NCBI GenBank assembly: GCA_963718665.1
Contig: OY970359.1
Location: forward strand, 2,368,001-2,432,000
Origin: an uncultured Phycisphaerales bacterium
GTDB taxonomy: Bacteria > Planctomycetota > Phycisphaerae > Sedimentisphaerales > Anaerobacaceae
DNA: 64,000 nucleotides
Reading direction: 5' to 3'
Positions within the stretch are counted from its first letter, which is position 1; every line of letters starts with the position of its first letter. Positions 10,793-20,073 of the stretch are shown in pieces. The position numbers and the translations under genes were made by a program. The notes under the pieces were generated by a model. That model did not search any database, was not told the origin of the DNA, and saw only the letters and a program-made list of their open reading frames with translations.

Positions 10793-12556
10793 ATGAACGG
10801 ACGGTCGGGCATATTCAAATTCTTTTTGTTTTTGTTTCTCAGCATAATCATACTTTTACAGTTTCTTTCGATGATTCAAAGCGACCGTCTGTACGAGCGG
10901 CTAAACACTCTTATCAGCCGGTTGGAAAGCTCAACGGTATCTGCACCTGTCCGGACAGAAGAAAAGACCACACCATCCAAACCATCCAATAAGAGTGAGT
11001 CCATTTTTGCGGCATATCCAGGAGACGAGGGCGACTGGCTGATTCGTAACCTGGAAGGCGAACCGGCCACTTTGTGCGATTTTCTTGCCACTTCGGAGTG
11101 GAGTTCACGCTGGATAGTATCGGGTAATATCTTTGAGTCAATGATTGAATACGAGCCGGACGAGTTTAAATACAGGGGCCGGCTTGCGGAAAAATTCTCC
11201 ATTTCCGATGACGGCCTGGTCATTTATTTCAAGCTGAGAGATAATATCTGGTTTTCGGATGGCCACCCGGTTACTACAGACGATGTCATTTTCACTTACA
11301 ATACAATCACTGACCCCAATATCGACGCCGCGAGTTACGCCAACTATTTCCGCGACGTGGATCATTACGAGAAAATAAACGACAAGGAAATCAAGTTTTA
11401 TATGAAAAGAGTGTATTTCCTCTCGCTTGGTTATCTCGGGGGCATGACCATTTATCCCGAGCATATTTACAAATATAAGAATGCTCGCGAGTTCAATGAA
11501 CGCAGAAGCAATCCTGTCGGCACAGGACCATACGTATTTGAAAAATGGGACGTAGGCCGACAAATTGTCCTGCGGCGAAACGAAAATTACTGGGGGCCGA
11601 AGCCGAAAATCAGGAAACTGGTATTTCCCTTTATTACCAACACGACCGCTGAGCTGCAGGCGCTATTGGCGGGCCAGATTGATTATATGAGACCCGTGCC
11701 CGACCAATATGCCGAGAAGTCCAATGATGAGAGTTTCAAAAAGGACTTCTATTGCCTCTCTTATTGGGACGCGGCCAACACGGGCTATTTCTGGATTGGC
11801 TGGAACGAAGCGAGGCCGTTTTTCGCGGATAAGAAAGTTCGTCTTGCGATGACCTATCTGATTGACAGGGATTCAATCATAAAACATATCCTGCGAAATC
11901 CCGAAGCGCGGATTCCAACAGGCACTTTTTATATATATGGCAAACAAGGCGACCCGAACATCAAGCCCTGGCCATACGACCTCGAAAAGGCAAAGCAACT
12001 GCTCGACGAGGCCGGGTGGATTGACCACGACGGCGACGGCATACGCGACAAAAACGGCGTCCCGTTCCGTTTTAAGTATATGATTGCTGCCGATTTGGCC
12101 CTGCACGAGCAAATCGCCAAATTAGTTAAAGACGCTGCTGCCAGCGTAGGTATCGAGGTTTTGCTTGACCCATACGAATGGTCGGTTTTTTCCCAGAAGG
12201 TACAAAATAGAGATTTTGACGCGGTAAGTATGGCCTGGGGCGGTGGTATTGAGGAGGATCCTTATCAGATATGGCATTCATCGCAAAGGCAGAAGGGGTC
12301 CAATTACATTGATTTCAATAACCCGGCAGCCGATGCTTTAATTGAGCAGGCCAGACAAACCCTCGACCCCGATAAACGAAATGCCCTATATCATCAGTTC
12401 GACAGGATAATACACGAAGAGCAGCCATATACGTTTATTTACACCCGGCCGGAACAACGATTTCTTGATAAGCGTTTTCAAAATGTGACAATTCACAAAC
12501 TCGGCATCAACGAGCTTGAATGGTATGTCCCCACCCAGTTCCAGAAATATAAATGA
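10793..12556 (+). CDS. Second family-5 ABC substrate-binding protein (paralog of 9036-10781)
   Basis: FSDGHPVTTDDV, PVGTGPY, LRRNENYWG; colinear with upstream gene. Confidence 0.92.
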   Translation: MNGRSGIFKFFLFLFLSIIILLQFLSMIQSDRLYERLNTLISRLESSTVSAPVRTEEKTTPSKPSNKSESIFAAYPGDEGDWLIRNLEGEPATLCDFLATSEWSSRWIVSGNIFESMIEYEPDEFKYRGRLAEKFSISDDGLVIYFKLRDNIWFSDGHPVTTDDVIFTYNTITDPNIDAASYANYFRDVDHYEKINDKEIKFYMKRVYFLSLGYLGGMTIYPEHIYKYKNAREFNERRSNPVGTGPYVFEKWDVGRQIVLRRNENYWGPKPKIRKLVFPFITNTTAELQALLAGQIDYMRPVPDQYAEKSNDESFKKDFYCLSYWDAANTGYFWIGWNEARPFFADKKVRLAMTYLIDRDSIIKHILRNPEARIPTGTFYIYGKQGDPNIKPWPYDLEKAKQLLDEAGWIDHDGDGIRDKNGVPFRFKYMIAADLALHEQIAKLVKDAAASVGIEVLLDPYEWSVFSQKVQNRDFDAVSMAWGGGIEEDPYQIWHSSQRQKGSNYIDFNNPAADALIEQARQTLDPDKRNALYHQFDRIIHEEQPYTFIYTRPEQRFLDKRFQNVTIHKLGINELEWYVPTQFQKYK

Positions 12557-13548
12557 CGACGTATATAATTAGAAGATTGTTTTTGATGATACCCACGCTG
12601 CTGGGTATTACGATTGTTGTGTTCGCCATAAGCCGAATGGCGCCGGGCAATCCCGTGACTTTGTCTATGGGGCCGAGCGGTATGATGGACGCCCAGCGGG
12701 CTGCCGACGTCCGTGCGGCGAGGATGAAACTCTACGGCCTCGATAAGCCGGTTTACGTTCAGTATGCTATCTGGCTTGGCAGGGTGGCGCGACTTGATTT
12801 CGCCGACTCAATCAAGCATCATCGTCCCGTCATTGACCTCATCAAAGAACGCCTTCCCATTACGCTTACCCTTAATCTTATATCTTTCGTTATCATTTAC
12901 GCTATTTCAATACCTATGGGTATTCTCTCGGCGGTGGGACGCAAAAAGTTTCTTGACCGTGCCAGCTCCGTTATGCTGCTGATGCTGTGGTCATTGCCTT
13001 CGATGTGGGTGGGGCAGATGCTAATTGGTTATCTTTGCGGACCGCCTCTCAACTGGTTTCCGCCCGCGGGCCTGTCCAGCAATGACGCGGAGCAGTTCCC
13101 GTTTTTCCAGTGGCTTGCCGACCGCCTATGGCATCTTGTGCTTCCGGTCTTTTGTCTTACCTATGCTGGTTTCGCGTATCTGACAAAACTGGTCCGGGCG
13201 GGGATGCTCGAAAACCTCCGTGCTGATTATGTCCGCACCGCAAGGGCAAAAGGGCTTTCGAATTGGGCGGTCACATTCCATCATGCCTTTAGAAACAGCG
13301 TAATTCCGGTCATAACCATTATGGCGACCCTGCTGCCCGCGATGTTCGGCGGCTCAGTCATAATCGAGCGGATTTTCAGCGTCTCCGGTATGGGGCTGCT
13401 TGCTTTCGAGGCGGTTACCACGCGTGATTACAATGTTGTTATGGGTGTTGCCACAATAGCCGGCGTTTTGAATTTGATAGGACTGCTTATGGCGGACATC
13501 GCCTACGCGGTTGCGGACCCGCGAATAAGTTTTGAGTCAGCGGTGTAA
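12553..13548 (+). CDS. Peptide ABC transporter permease (OppB/DppB family)
   Basis: YIIRRL start; EAA-like DYVRTARAKGL; HAFRNS; RDY. Confidence 0.93.
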   Translation: MTTYIIRRLFLMIPTLLGITIVVFAISRMAPGNPVTLSMGPSGMMDAQRAADVRAARMKLYGLDKPVYVQYAIWLGRVARLDFADSIKHHRPVIDLIKERLPITLTLNLISFVIIYAISIPMGILSAVGRKKFLDRASSVMLLMLWSLPSMWVGQMLIGYLCGPPLNWFPPAGLSSNDAEQFPFFQWLADRLWHLVLPVFCLTYAGFAYLTKLVRAGMLENLRADYVRTARAKGLSNWAVTFHHAFRNSVIPVITIMATLLPAMFGGSVIIERIFSVSGMGLLAFEAVTTRDYNVVMGVATIAGVLNLIGLLMADIAYAVADPRISFESAV

Positions 13549-13554
13549 AGCTTT

Positions 13555-14751
13555 ATGAGCGAAAACAAACAAAAAACCTGGGGCACATCATACGGCGAAA
13601 TGGTCTGGCACGAGTTCGCCAAAAGCAAGTTCACGCTTTGCTGGCTGGGCTTTATAATCCTGCTGTTTGTGTTTGCTATTTTCGCCCCGTTTCTCGCTAA
13701 TGATAAGCCCTTCGTTATCAAAATCGACGGCCAACTGCACTGGCCCTTGTTCAAAGCGTTTACCGCGAGCGACTACAGTATTTTCTTGGCCGCGACTGTC
13801 GCTGTGATACAATTACTGCTTGTTTTGCGAAACCGAAAAAACGTTGACCCGTCGATTCGCTCAGGCGTTTTATGGCGGCAGATTTTCATAAGCGTCATTG
13901 TTGTCCTCGCTGGCATTATACTCCTGTATATCTTTATACCTCGCCGGCTCGATGCCACCGATTACAAGTCGATGCTCGTCTCCGGCAAAGCGACAAATGC
14001 CGTATTCGCCCCCGTTCCTTATGGTTATGGCAGGACCGATTTAAAGGTTCGGGAACAGCCGCCAAATCGGCAGCACTGGCTCGGCACCGACGATGTCGGC
14101 TCCGATGTCCTATGTCGGCTTATTCACGGTAGTAGAATTTCGTTATCCGTCGGCTTTGTCGCCGTCGGCATATCGAGCATCATCGGAATCATCATTGGCG
14201 CAATCCTTGGCTACTTTGGCGGTAAAATCGATTTCCTCGGTATGCGCCTCGTCGAGATTATGATGGCTGTCCCCGTCTTTTTCCTCATCATCACAATTGT
14301 CGCGTTTTTCCCCCGAAGCTTATTCAACATAATGCTGATAATAGGCCTTACCACGTGGACCGATGATGCGCGTTTTGTCCGCGCGGAATTTTTCAAACTC
14401 CGCAGGCAGGATTTCGTCCAGGCGGCTGTCTCACTGGGCCTGCCCCTGCGAAGCATCCTTTTCAAGCATATGCTGCCCAACGCCATCGCGCCTGTTCTGG
14501 TCAATGCGACCTTTGGCATCGCCGGTGCGATATTCATTGAAGCCGCTCTTAGCTTCCTCGGTTTCGGCGTTGCACCTCCGACGCCAAGCTGGGGACAAAT
14601 ACTCAGTTTGGGCGTCAGCACAACGGGCAGATTCCTATGGTGGCTTACTTTGTTCCCGGGTCTGGCTATATTCTTCACGGTTCTTGCGTATAACCTTGTC
14701 GGAGAAACGCTGCGGGATGCCATTGACCCCCGGTTGAGGGAATCGACGTGA
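13555..14751 (+). CDS. Peptide ABC transporter permease (OppC/DppC family)
   Basis: HWLGTDDVGSD, GSRISL, HMLPN, EAALSFLGFG, PSWG, LRDAIDP. Confidence 0.93.
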   Translation: MSENKQKTWGTSYGEMVWHEFAKSKFTLCWLGFIILLFVFAIFAPFLANDKPFVIKIDGQLHWPLFKAFTASDYSIFLAATVAVIQLLLVLRNRKNVDPSIRSGVLWRQIFISVIVVLAGIILLYIFIPRRLDATDYKSMLVSGKATNAVFAPVPYGYGRTDLKVREQPPNRQHWLGTDDVGSDVLCRLIHGSRISLSVGFVAVGISSIIGIIIGAILGYFGGKIDFLGMRLVEIMMAVPVFFLIITIVAFFPRSLFNIMLIIGLTTWTDDARFVRAEFFKLRRQDFVQAAVSLGLPLRSILFKHMLPNAIAPVLVNATFGIAGAIFIEAALSFLGFGVAPPTPSWGQILSLGVSTTGRFLWWLTLFPGLAIFFTVLAYNLVGETLRDAIDPRLREST

Positions 14752-15755
14752 GCGATAAAGGCATACTACTGGATATCAAAGGCCTTTGCGTTAATTTCTT
14801 TACCGAGAACGGTGTCGCAAAAGCCGTGCAGGACGTCAGTTTCTCTGTGAAAAAGGGCGAGACATTTGCGCTCGTCGGTGAAAGCGGCTGCGGCAAAAGC
14901 GTTACCGCGTTGTCCGTTATGCGTCTTATAGCCGACCCGCCGGGCAAAATCGTCGCGGGCGAAATAAATTTTGACAACCGAAACCTGCTTGAAATGTCTG
15001 AACAGCGAATGCGCTCCGTTCGTGGAAATCGCATCGCGATGATTTTCCAGGAGCCGATGACAAGTTTGAATCCTGTCTATACCATCGGCGAGCAGATTGT
15101 CGAGACAATCCGGCTTCATCAGAAAAAAAATGAAGTTGAGGCATGGGAACTTGCCACTGAAATGCTGCGAAAAGTCGGTATCTCCGACCCCGGCCAGCGC
15201 ATCACCGAATACCCGCACCAGATGTCCGGCGGGATGAGGCAGCGTGTGATGATTGCTATGGCAATATCCTGCAAACCCGAATTGCTCATCGCCGACGAAC
15301 CAACCACGGCGCTCGATGTCACTATCCAGGCGCAAATCCTCGACCTGCTTGACCAGCTCCAGAAACAAAGCCAAATGAGCGTTTTGCTGATAACCCATAA
15401 CCTCGGCATAGTTGCCGAACGTGCCAGGAATGTCGCCGTGATGTATGCCTCAAAAATTGCCGAATTGTCCGACTGTAAGTTCTTGTTTGACAATCCGTTA
15501 CATCCATATACGCAGGGTCTGCTAAAATCGCTTCCGCGCCTCGGCTTTACCGGCAAACGCCTTTACACAATTCCCGGCATAGTTCCGGAGCCGCTGCGTT
15601 TTCCCGCGGGCTGCAAATTTCATCCCCGATGTCCCATCGGTTGCAACGATAAAAGATGCCAGACAGTCGAGCCGCAGTTACGTCCGCTTGATAACGGCAG
15701 GGCGGTTGCCTGCTGGTTTGCGCCCGGCTATGAAAGGCCCGATGACCCGAAATGA
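14748..15755 (+). CDS. Peptide ABC transporter ATPase (OppD/DppD family)
   Basis: GESGCGKS, YPHQMSGGMRQR, IADEPTTALD, HPYT, GCKFHPRC. Confidence 0.95.
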   Translation: MSDKGILLDIKGLCVNFFTENGVAKAVQDVSFSVKKGETFALVGESGCGKSVTALSVMRLIADPPGKIVAGEINFDNRNLLEMSEQRMRSVRGNRIAMIFQEPMTSLNPVYTIGEQIVETIRLHQKKNEVEAWELATEMLRKVGISDPGQRITEYPHQMSGGMRQRVMIAMAISCKPELLIADEPTTALDVTIQAQILDLLDQLQKQSQMSVLLITHNLGIVAERARNVAVMYASKIAELSDCKFLFDNPLHPYTQGLLKSLPRLGFTGKRLYTIPGIVPEPLRFPAGCKFHPRCPIGCNDKRCQTVEPQLRPLDNGRAVACWFAPGYERPDDPK

Positions 15756-16747
15756 ATACTGACGCCAATACAAACGGTTTCCTGCTCAAGGTTGACAACC
15801 TCAAAACCTACTTTCCCGTCAGGAAGGGATTATTGCGGCGCACCGTCGGCTACATAAAGGCCGTCGATGGCGTTTCACTTGCCGTCAAACCGGCGACGTC
15901 TTTCGGCCTGGTCGGTGAGAGCGGCTGCGGCAAAACCACCGTTGCCAGAAGCGTCCTTCGCCTGATACCCGTTACTTCCGGCAAAGTCATCTTTGATAAC
16001 ACCTATATTCTTGCTTTGGATTCTGTTCGTATGCGTGATATCCGTGCGGGCATAACCCTTGTCTTCCAGGATCCGTTCGGCTCACTCAATCCACGTATGA
16101 CCGTCGCCAACATCGTCGGCGAGCCGCTTAAAGTTCACAAAAAAATAACAGGGTCGGAGCTCACTGAACAGGTTCGCCTTATTCTTTCCAAGGTGGGTCT
16201 CTCGGCGGACGCTATAAATCGTTACCCGCACGAGTTCTCAGGCGGCCAGAGGCAGCGCATCGGCATTGCCCGCGCACTCATCCTCAAGCCCAAACTCGTC
16301 ATCTGTGATGAGCCGGTCAGCGCCCTCGATGTTTCCATTCAGTCCCAGATACTCAATCTTCTCAAGGACCTCCAGCAGGAGTTTTCTTTAACGTATCTGT
16401 TCATCGCGCACGACCTTGCCGTTGTCCAGTTTACCTGCGATATCGTGGCCGTGATGTATATGGGCAAAATCGTCGAGCAAGCTACCGTAAGCGAGCTTTA
16501 TAATAATCCTTTTCATCCCTATACAGTTGCCCTTATGGCCGCCATTCCCAAAATAAATGTATCTCCACAGGCCTCGACGCATCGGCTTAAAGGCGAAATT
16601 CCAAGTATTTTCAATCCGCCTCCCGGCTGCCCGTTTAACCCGAGATGCCAATTCGCAGGCGAAAATTGTTTCTCCAGGAACCCGTCTCTTGTGCCTGTTG
16701 CCGGAAATGATGAACACCTCATTGCCTGCTGGCATATAAAAAAGTGA
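15752..16747 (+). CDS. Peptide ABC transporter ATPase (OppF/DppF family)
   Basis: GESGCGKT, YPHEFSGGQRQR, CDEPVSALD, GCPFNPRC. Confidence 0.95.
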   Translation: MNTDANTNGFLLKVDNLKTYFPVRKGLLRRTVGYIKAVDGVSLAVKPATSFGLVGESGCGKTTVARSVLRLIPVTSGKVIFDNTYILALDSVRMRDIRAGITLVFQDPFGSLNPRMTVANIVGEPLKVHKKITGSELTEQVRLILSKVGLSADAINRYPHEFSGGQRQRIGIARALILKPKLVICDEPVSALDVSIQSQILNLLKDLQQEFSLTYLFIAHDLAVVQFTCDIVAVMYMGKIVEQATVSELYNNPFHPYTVALMAAIPKINVSPQASTHRLKGEIPSIFNPPPGCPFNPRCQFAGENCFSRNPSLVPVAGNDEHLIACWHIKK

Positions 16748-16843
16748 ATTGTTTTATATTGGTGATTGTAAAATCTGCCGAAATAAAGGAAAATGGACTT
16801 CGATAATGTCATTTTAAGCGGATAATTGGATTGCGGGGTTAAT

Positions 16844-17206
16844 ATGGTCGAGGAAAAGCTTGGCCAAATCACAACTGAGGGCGATGTTGCCATTGTTACT
16901 TTCAAGAAAAGCTCGATAAGTAACGTCGAGGATATTTCTATTACCGCCGGGCATATCGCCAGGTTTATCGCGGACAGCCGCCCAAACCGGGTCATCTTCG
17001 ATTTCAAAGGCGTCAAGTTTTTCTCATCGAGGGTTCTTGGTCTGCTGCTCGAAACACGCGCCTCTTTGTCCTCTTATAACGGCGATGTGCTCATCAGCGG
17101 CATCAACCCGCAGCTTCACAGGGTATTCAAAATTACCAATCTCGACCAGGTATTTGAGTTTTTTCCGGATACCGAAAGTGCCTTAAAAGCAAAACGTTCT
17201 ACTTAG
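16844..17206 (+). CDS. STAS-domain anti-sigma factor antagonist
   Basis: FDFKGVKFFSSRVLGLL...VFKITNLDQVF. Confidence 0.88.
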   Translation: MVEEKLGQITTEGDVAIVTFKKSSISNVEDISITAGHIARFIADSRPNRVIFDFKGVKFFSSRVLGLLLETRASLSSYNGDVLISGINPQLHRVFKITNLDQVFEFFPDTESALKAKRST

Positions 17207-17231
17207 GTCTTTTTTTGCAGGAGGCAACACT

Positions 17232-17684
17232 ATGTTTGTTACGATGCAGTTCTCAGTGTTTATGGTTAACAAGCCGGGCGTCCTCGCTCACATTCTCGCG
17301 GAATTTGCCAGGGCCAAAATCAATATCAATGCTATGACCGTGATGGATTCAGTTGAGCACGGGGTGTTGCGGGTAGTGCTCGATAATCCTGAAATGGGTG
17401 AAAAGATTCTAACTGCCGCCAACCTGCCCTTTAATAAGACCGAAGTGCTTTGCGTCAACCTCGACAACAGGTCGGGTGCTCTTGCCGGTGTCGCGGAAAA
17501 ACTTGCCGCTGGCCATATCAATATATCCTACGCATATTGCACCACGGGTGCAAAAGGCGGCAGGACCACCGGTATTCTCAAGGTCGCCGACGTCAAAAAG
17601 GCAATGAAAATTCTACAGGAAGGCAAAAAGGCGTCCAAATCGCAGCCGATTATTCGACGTCATCAGGCCTCTTCGAGAATGTAA
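17232..17684 (+). CDS. Tandem ACT-domain protein
   Basis: NKPGVLA and NRSGALA ACT motifs; GGAGG RBS. Confidence 0.88.
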   Translation: MFVTMQFSVFMVNKPGVLAHILAEFARAKININAMTVMDSVEHGVLRVVLDNPEMGEKILTAANLPFNKTEVLCVNLDNRSGALAGVAEKLAAGHINISYAYCTTGAKGGRTTGILKVADVKKAMKILQEGKKASKSQPIIRRHQASSRM

Positions 17685-17704
17685 AAATCCTGCGGTTAAA
17701 ACGG

Positions 17705-17733
17705 TTGACACATCCTGTTTGAGCCGCTATATT
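17705..17733 (+). promoter_or_regulatory. Sigma70 promoter of tRNA-Asp
   Basis: TTGACA-17 nt-TATATT ending 11 nt before the tRNA. Confidence 0.7.
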
Positions 17734-17744
17734 TATTACCATTC

Positions 17745-17818
17745 GGGGCCGTAGCTCAATTGGCTAGAGCATCGGACTGTCGATCCGAAGGTTGAGGGTT
17801 CGAGCCCCTTCGGCCTCG
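17745..17818 (+). tRNA. tRNA-Asp (GTC), CCA not encoded
   Basis: Acceptor GGGGCCG/CGGCCTC; D arm GCTC..GAGC; anticodon arm TCGGA-CTGTCGA-TCCGA; T loop GTTCGAG. Confidence 0.96.
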
Positions 17819-17831
17819 TTGTTGCAACTTA

Positions 17832-17865
17832 AGGGCTGGCAAGCAGTTATGTTTGTCAGCTCTTT
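17832..17865 (+). terminator. Hairpin downstream of tRNA-Asp, probable terminator
   Basis: AGGGCTGGCAAGC-agttat-GTTTGTCAGCTCT followed by T tract. Confidence 0.55.
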
Positions 17866-17902
17866 TGCATTTATGGCTCTTTGGTAGGGTGCGCAACAGG
17901 TG

Positions 17903-17966
17903 TATACTGCTCCCCGTTAAGAAATACTACCATACTTTGCACCATTTCTTAACGGGGAGCAGTATA
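17903..17966. repeat. Perfect 23-bp inverted repeat with 18-nt spacer
   Basis: TATACTGCTCCCCGTTAAGAAAT ... ATTTCTTAACGGGGAGCAGTATA. Confidence 0.9.
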
Positions 17967-18081
17967 TGACGACGCACATTCTTATTTGTCCTCTTCTTCA
18001 TTTTGTTTTCTCTTTTTTTATTTTATTGACCGGTTGCTGCCCTGCAGCCCTAAAATTTTTTATAAATTTCCAATTTTTCTC

Positions 18082-18109
18082 TTGACATGCTCTGTGCCGG
18101 TGCTATAAT
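18082..18109 (+). promoter_or_regulatory. Consensus sigma70 promoter
   Basis: TTGACA-16 nt-TATAAT with TGn extended -10. Confidence 0.75.
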
Positions 18110-18251
18110 TTACTTCATCAAGTAGGGTGAGTAAGCGTAGAAGAGGAAGGTCAAGCGAGAATAATGTGTAGATGCGGTTGTATTGTGCCCGCGCAGATGG
18201 TCTGCTTTGCACAAGACAATAGGTACTTTTCTAATCCACAGAGGTGGGCAG

Positions 18252-18608
18252 ATGTACCAAAAAGCATCTATACTGGTCATCACTCTTGTTTCAGCAGTCG
18301 TATTTCCTTCAATTGTTTCTGCAGCAATCTCTACCGACCCAAGCGCCTTACCAGCATTTCGCAATCACATTACATTTACCGCTGGTTCAGCGCTATCTGG
18401 TTCTCTTGACTACGCCGTCTATGCGCCGGGCTCCTACGATGGCTCTTTAGCATTCCCGTCGAACGAATATGTTTACTGCTATCAGATTTTTGACGGCCCG
18501 AGTTCTACTGTCAATATCGATTATTTCTCTGTAGGCCTTTATCCGGGTGTTACCATGTGCGGCTTCGGCTGCCAGCGCATTTCCTATATCCGCAGAGAAA
18601 CTTTTTGA
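18252..18608 (+). pseudogene. Truncated exported protein fused out of frame to a remnant of a 51606-like gene
   Basis: RBS GAGGTG, signal peptide, LDYAVYAPG..YVYCYQIF; from 18555 the DNA switches to a copy of 51653-51684 + 52370-52503. Confidence 0.65.
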
Positions 18609-18723
18609 AAAACCAGCAGGAGTGTAATCGCTAAACACTTCTTAAAGTTTGAATCGTTTTAATAAGAAATCCGACATTTTTGCCGGGAAAGATAGATCGG
18701 AAAAAATAGAAAGGAATATAGTT

Positions 18724-19347
18724 ATGAAAAAGTTAATGTTAATAACAGCTTTGCTGGCGATAATGGCAACACCTGCGCTGGCGACCACAAGTCTCGGATA
18801 CTGGCAGGAGGGTGCTCCTGGCACTACGCATGAATTCTGGGATTTCACGCCGGCTTCCGTGAATCTAGGTAATAATAACCAGTTCTACCCTGAAATCGAA
18901 TTCAATCCCAATGACGCTGGTAAACAGGTTTACGCACAGACAGTTCTTGGTACCTGGGATAGGATAAGCGATCTCACAGGCAACACGATTATTTTAGACT
19001 TGAAAATCAATGACTATACAACTGCAAACCCCTATAAGTATGTCTGGGTTAACTTAGGGCTAACAAATGGCAGCGTATTTGAGGATTCATTGGCGGGAGC
19101 CGCTCCCGGAGTCGACGTTGCCGTCACTAACCTCCCGGGACCTGGACCTGGAACAGGAGCTGATTTCGGCTTTTTAGTCGAGCCAAATCCGTACTTTGAA
19201 GACATTTTAATTAATATTCACGCGGATTCAGTTAATGCACCTGCTGTTCTGGATTGGATTGACGTCGATACCATCTGCACCCCCGAACCCGCCACGCTCT
19301 TGCTGCTTGGCTTAGGTGCGGTGATTGCGAAAAAAAGGCGGCGGTAG
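18724..19347 (+). CDS. PEP-CTERM sorting-domain surface protein
   Basis: GAAAGGA RBS; signal peptide; C-terminus TPEPATLLLLGLGAVIAKKRRR. Confidence 0.92.
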   Translation: MKKLMLITALLAIMATPALATTSLGYWQEGAPGTTHEFWDFTPASVNLGNNNQFYPEIEFNPNDAGKQVYAQTVLGTWDRISDLTGNTIILDLKINDYTTANPYKYVWVNLGLTNGSVFEDSLAGAAPGVDVAVTNLPGPGPGTGADFGFLVEPNPYFEDILINIHADSVNAPAVLDWIDVDTICTPEPATLLLLGLGAVIAKKRRR

Positions 19348-19383
19348 TAGAAGTTTCTCCGCTGGGGGTTTTCAACTTTCCCA

Positions 19384-19464
19384 GGCCCGTCCCTTAGGGA
19401 CGGGGCCAACGCCGCGATGGACTTGGCCATCCCTGACGGGAAGCGTCCCTTCCGGGACGGGGTC
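19384..19464. repeat. Pair of GC-rich CGTCCC..GGGACG hairpins (REP/IS200-605-end-like)
   Basis: CCCGTCCC-tta-GGGACGGG and CGTCCC-ttcc-GGGACG. Confidence 0.55.
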
Positions 19465-19479
19465 ATCTCACAAAAACCA

Positions 19480-19560
19480 GCACATACAAGCATATACTAC
19501 CACATACTTTGATTTTTAGCTTAATAATGCAAGTATGTGGTTGTATGTGGTACTATGTGG
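19480..19560. repeat. 3+3 oppositely oriented 10-bp repeats (CACATAC/TATGTGG) around an AT-rich spacer
   Basis: GCACATACAA GCATATACTA CCACATACTT -21 nt- AAGTATGTGG TTGTATGTGG TACTATGTGG. Confidence 0.8.
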
Positions 19561-19566
19561 TACTTT

Positions 19567-20073
19567 TTAGGGAGATATTTTAGGCAGCCTTATTGACTGC
19601 TTCATCTTATTCAAGTTTGCCATCATTTCTGACAAACTGAGTTGCTTCTTTTCGCTTCCTTCTGGCTTTGGTAATCGCCAATGCCAGCATTTATTCCCAT
19701 CATCATCGAATTCAGGGAAACACTTAACGCTGAGTTCCTTCCTTGCTTTTGCCAAAGTAGTTTCTTTGAAGCCGTTTTCTTCGGCAAGCTTGAAGATTTC
19801 TTTTGAACTCATTGACACTCCGCCGGCTAATAACTATTTCAGCCATTCGACGGCACGGTTTTTTTCGGGGGCCTCGATATTGCTCTGGCTGGTCAGGACA
19901 TCCTGTGCGGTGATATTTACTTCCTTATCCTCAAAGACCACGCGGCCATCCTTGATTTCAAACGCCAGCGAAGACGGCCTTTCGCCGATATTAAACTTGA
20001 TGTTAATCAAAAACCGTCTGCGGCCATTCGGATTAGACGGGTCATTGCTGACAAGCCATACCGCGCGAGCCGC
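19567..20073 (-). pseudogene. C-terminal remnant of a mobile-element AAA (RepA/AAA_25-like) helicase
   Basis: Minus frame AARAVWLVSNDP..RRFL..KFNIG..LAFEI..AVEWLK*LLAGG..SKEI..AEENG..TL.KARKEL; in-frame TAG at 19834-19836; Walker motifs absent. Confidence 0.65.

Noticed and set aside
18110..18251. Riboswitch in the 140-nt leader
   Set aside because: Only weak pairing; no c-di-GMP or other aptamer consensus recognised
19480..19560. CRISPR array
   Set aside because: Units are 10 bp with no spacers; no cas genes or repeat-spacer arrays seen in the window
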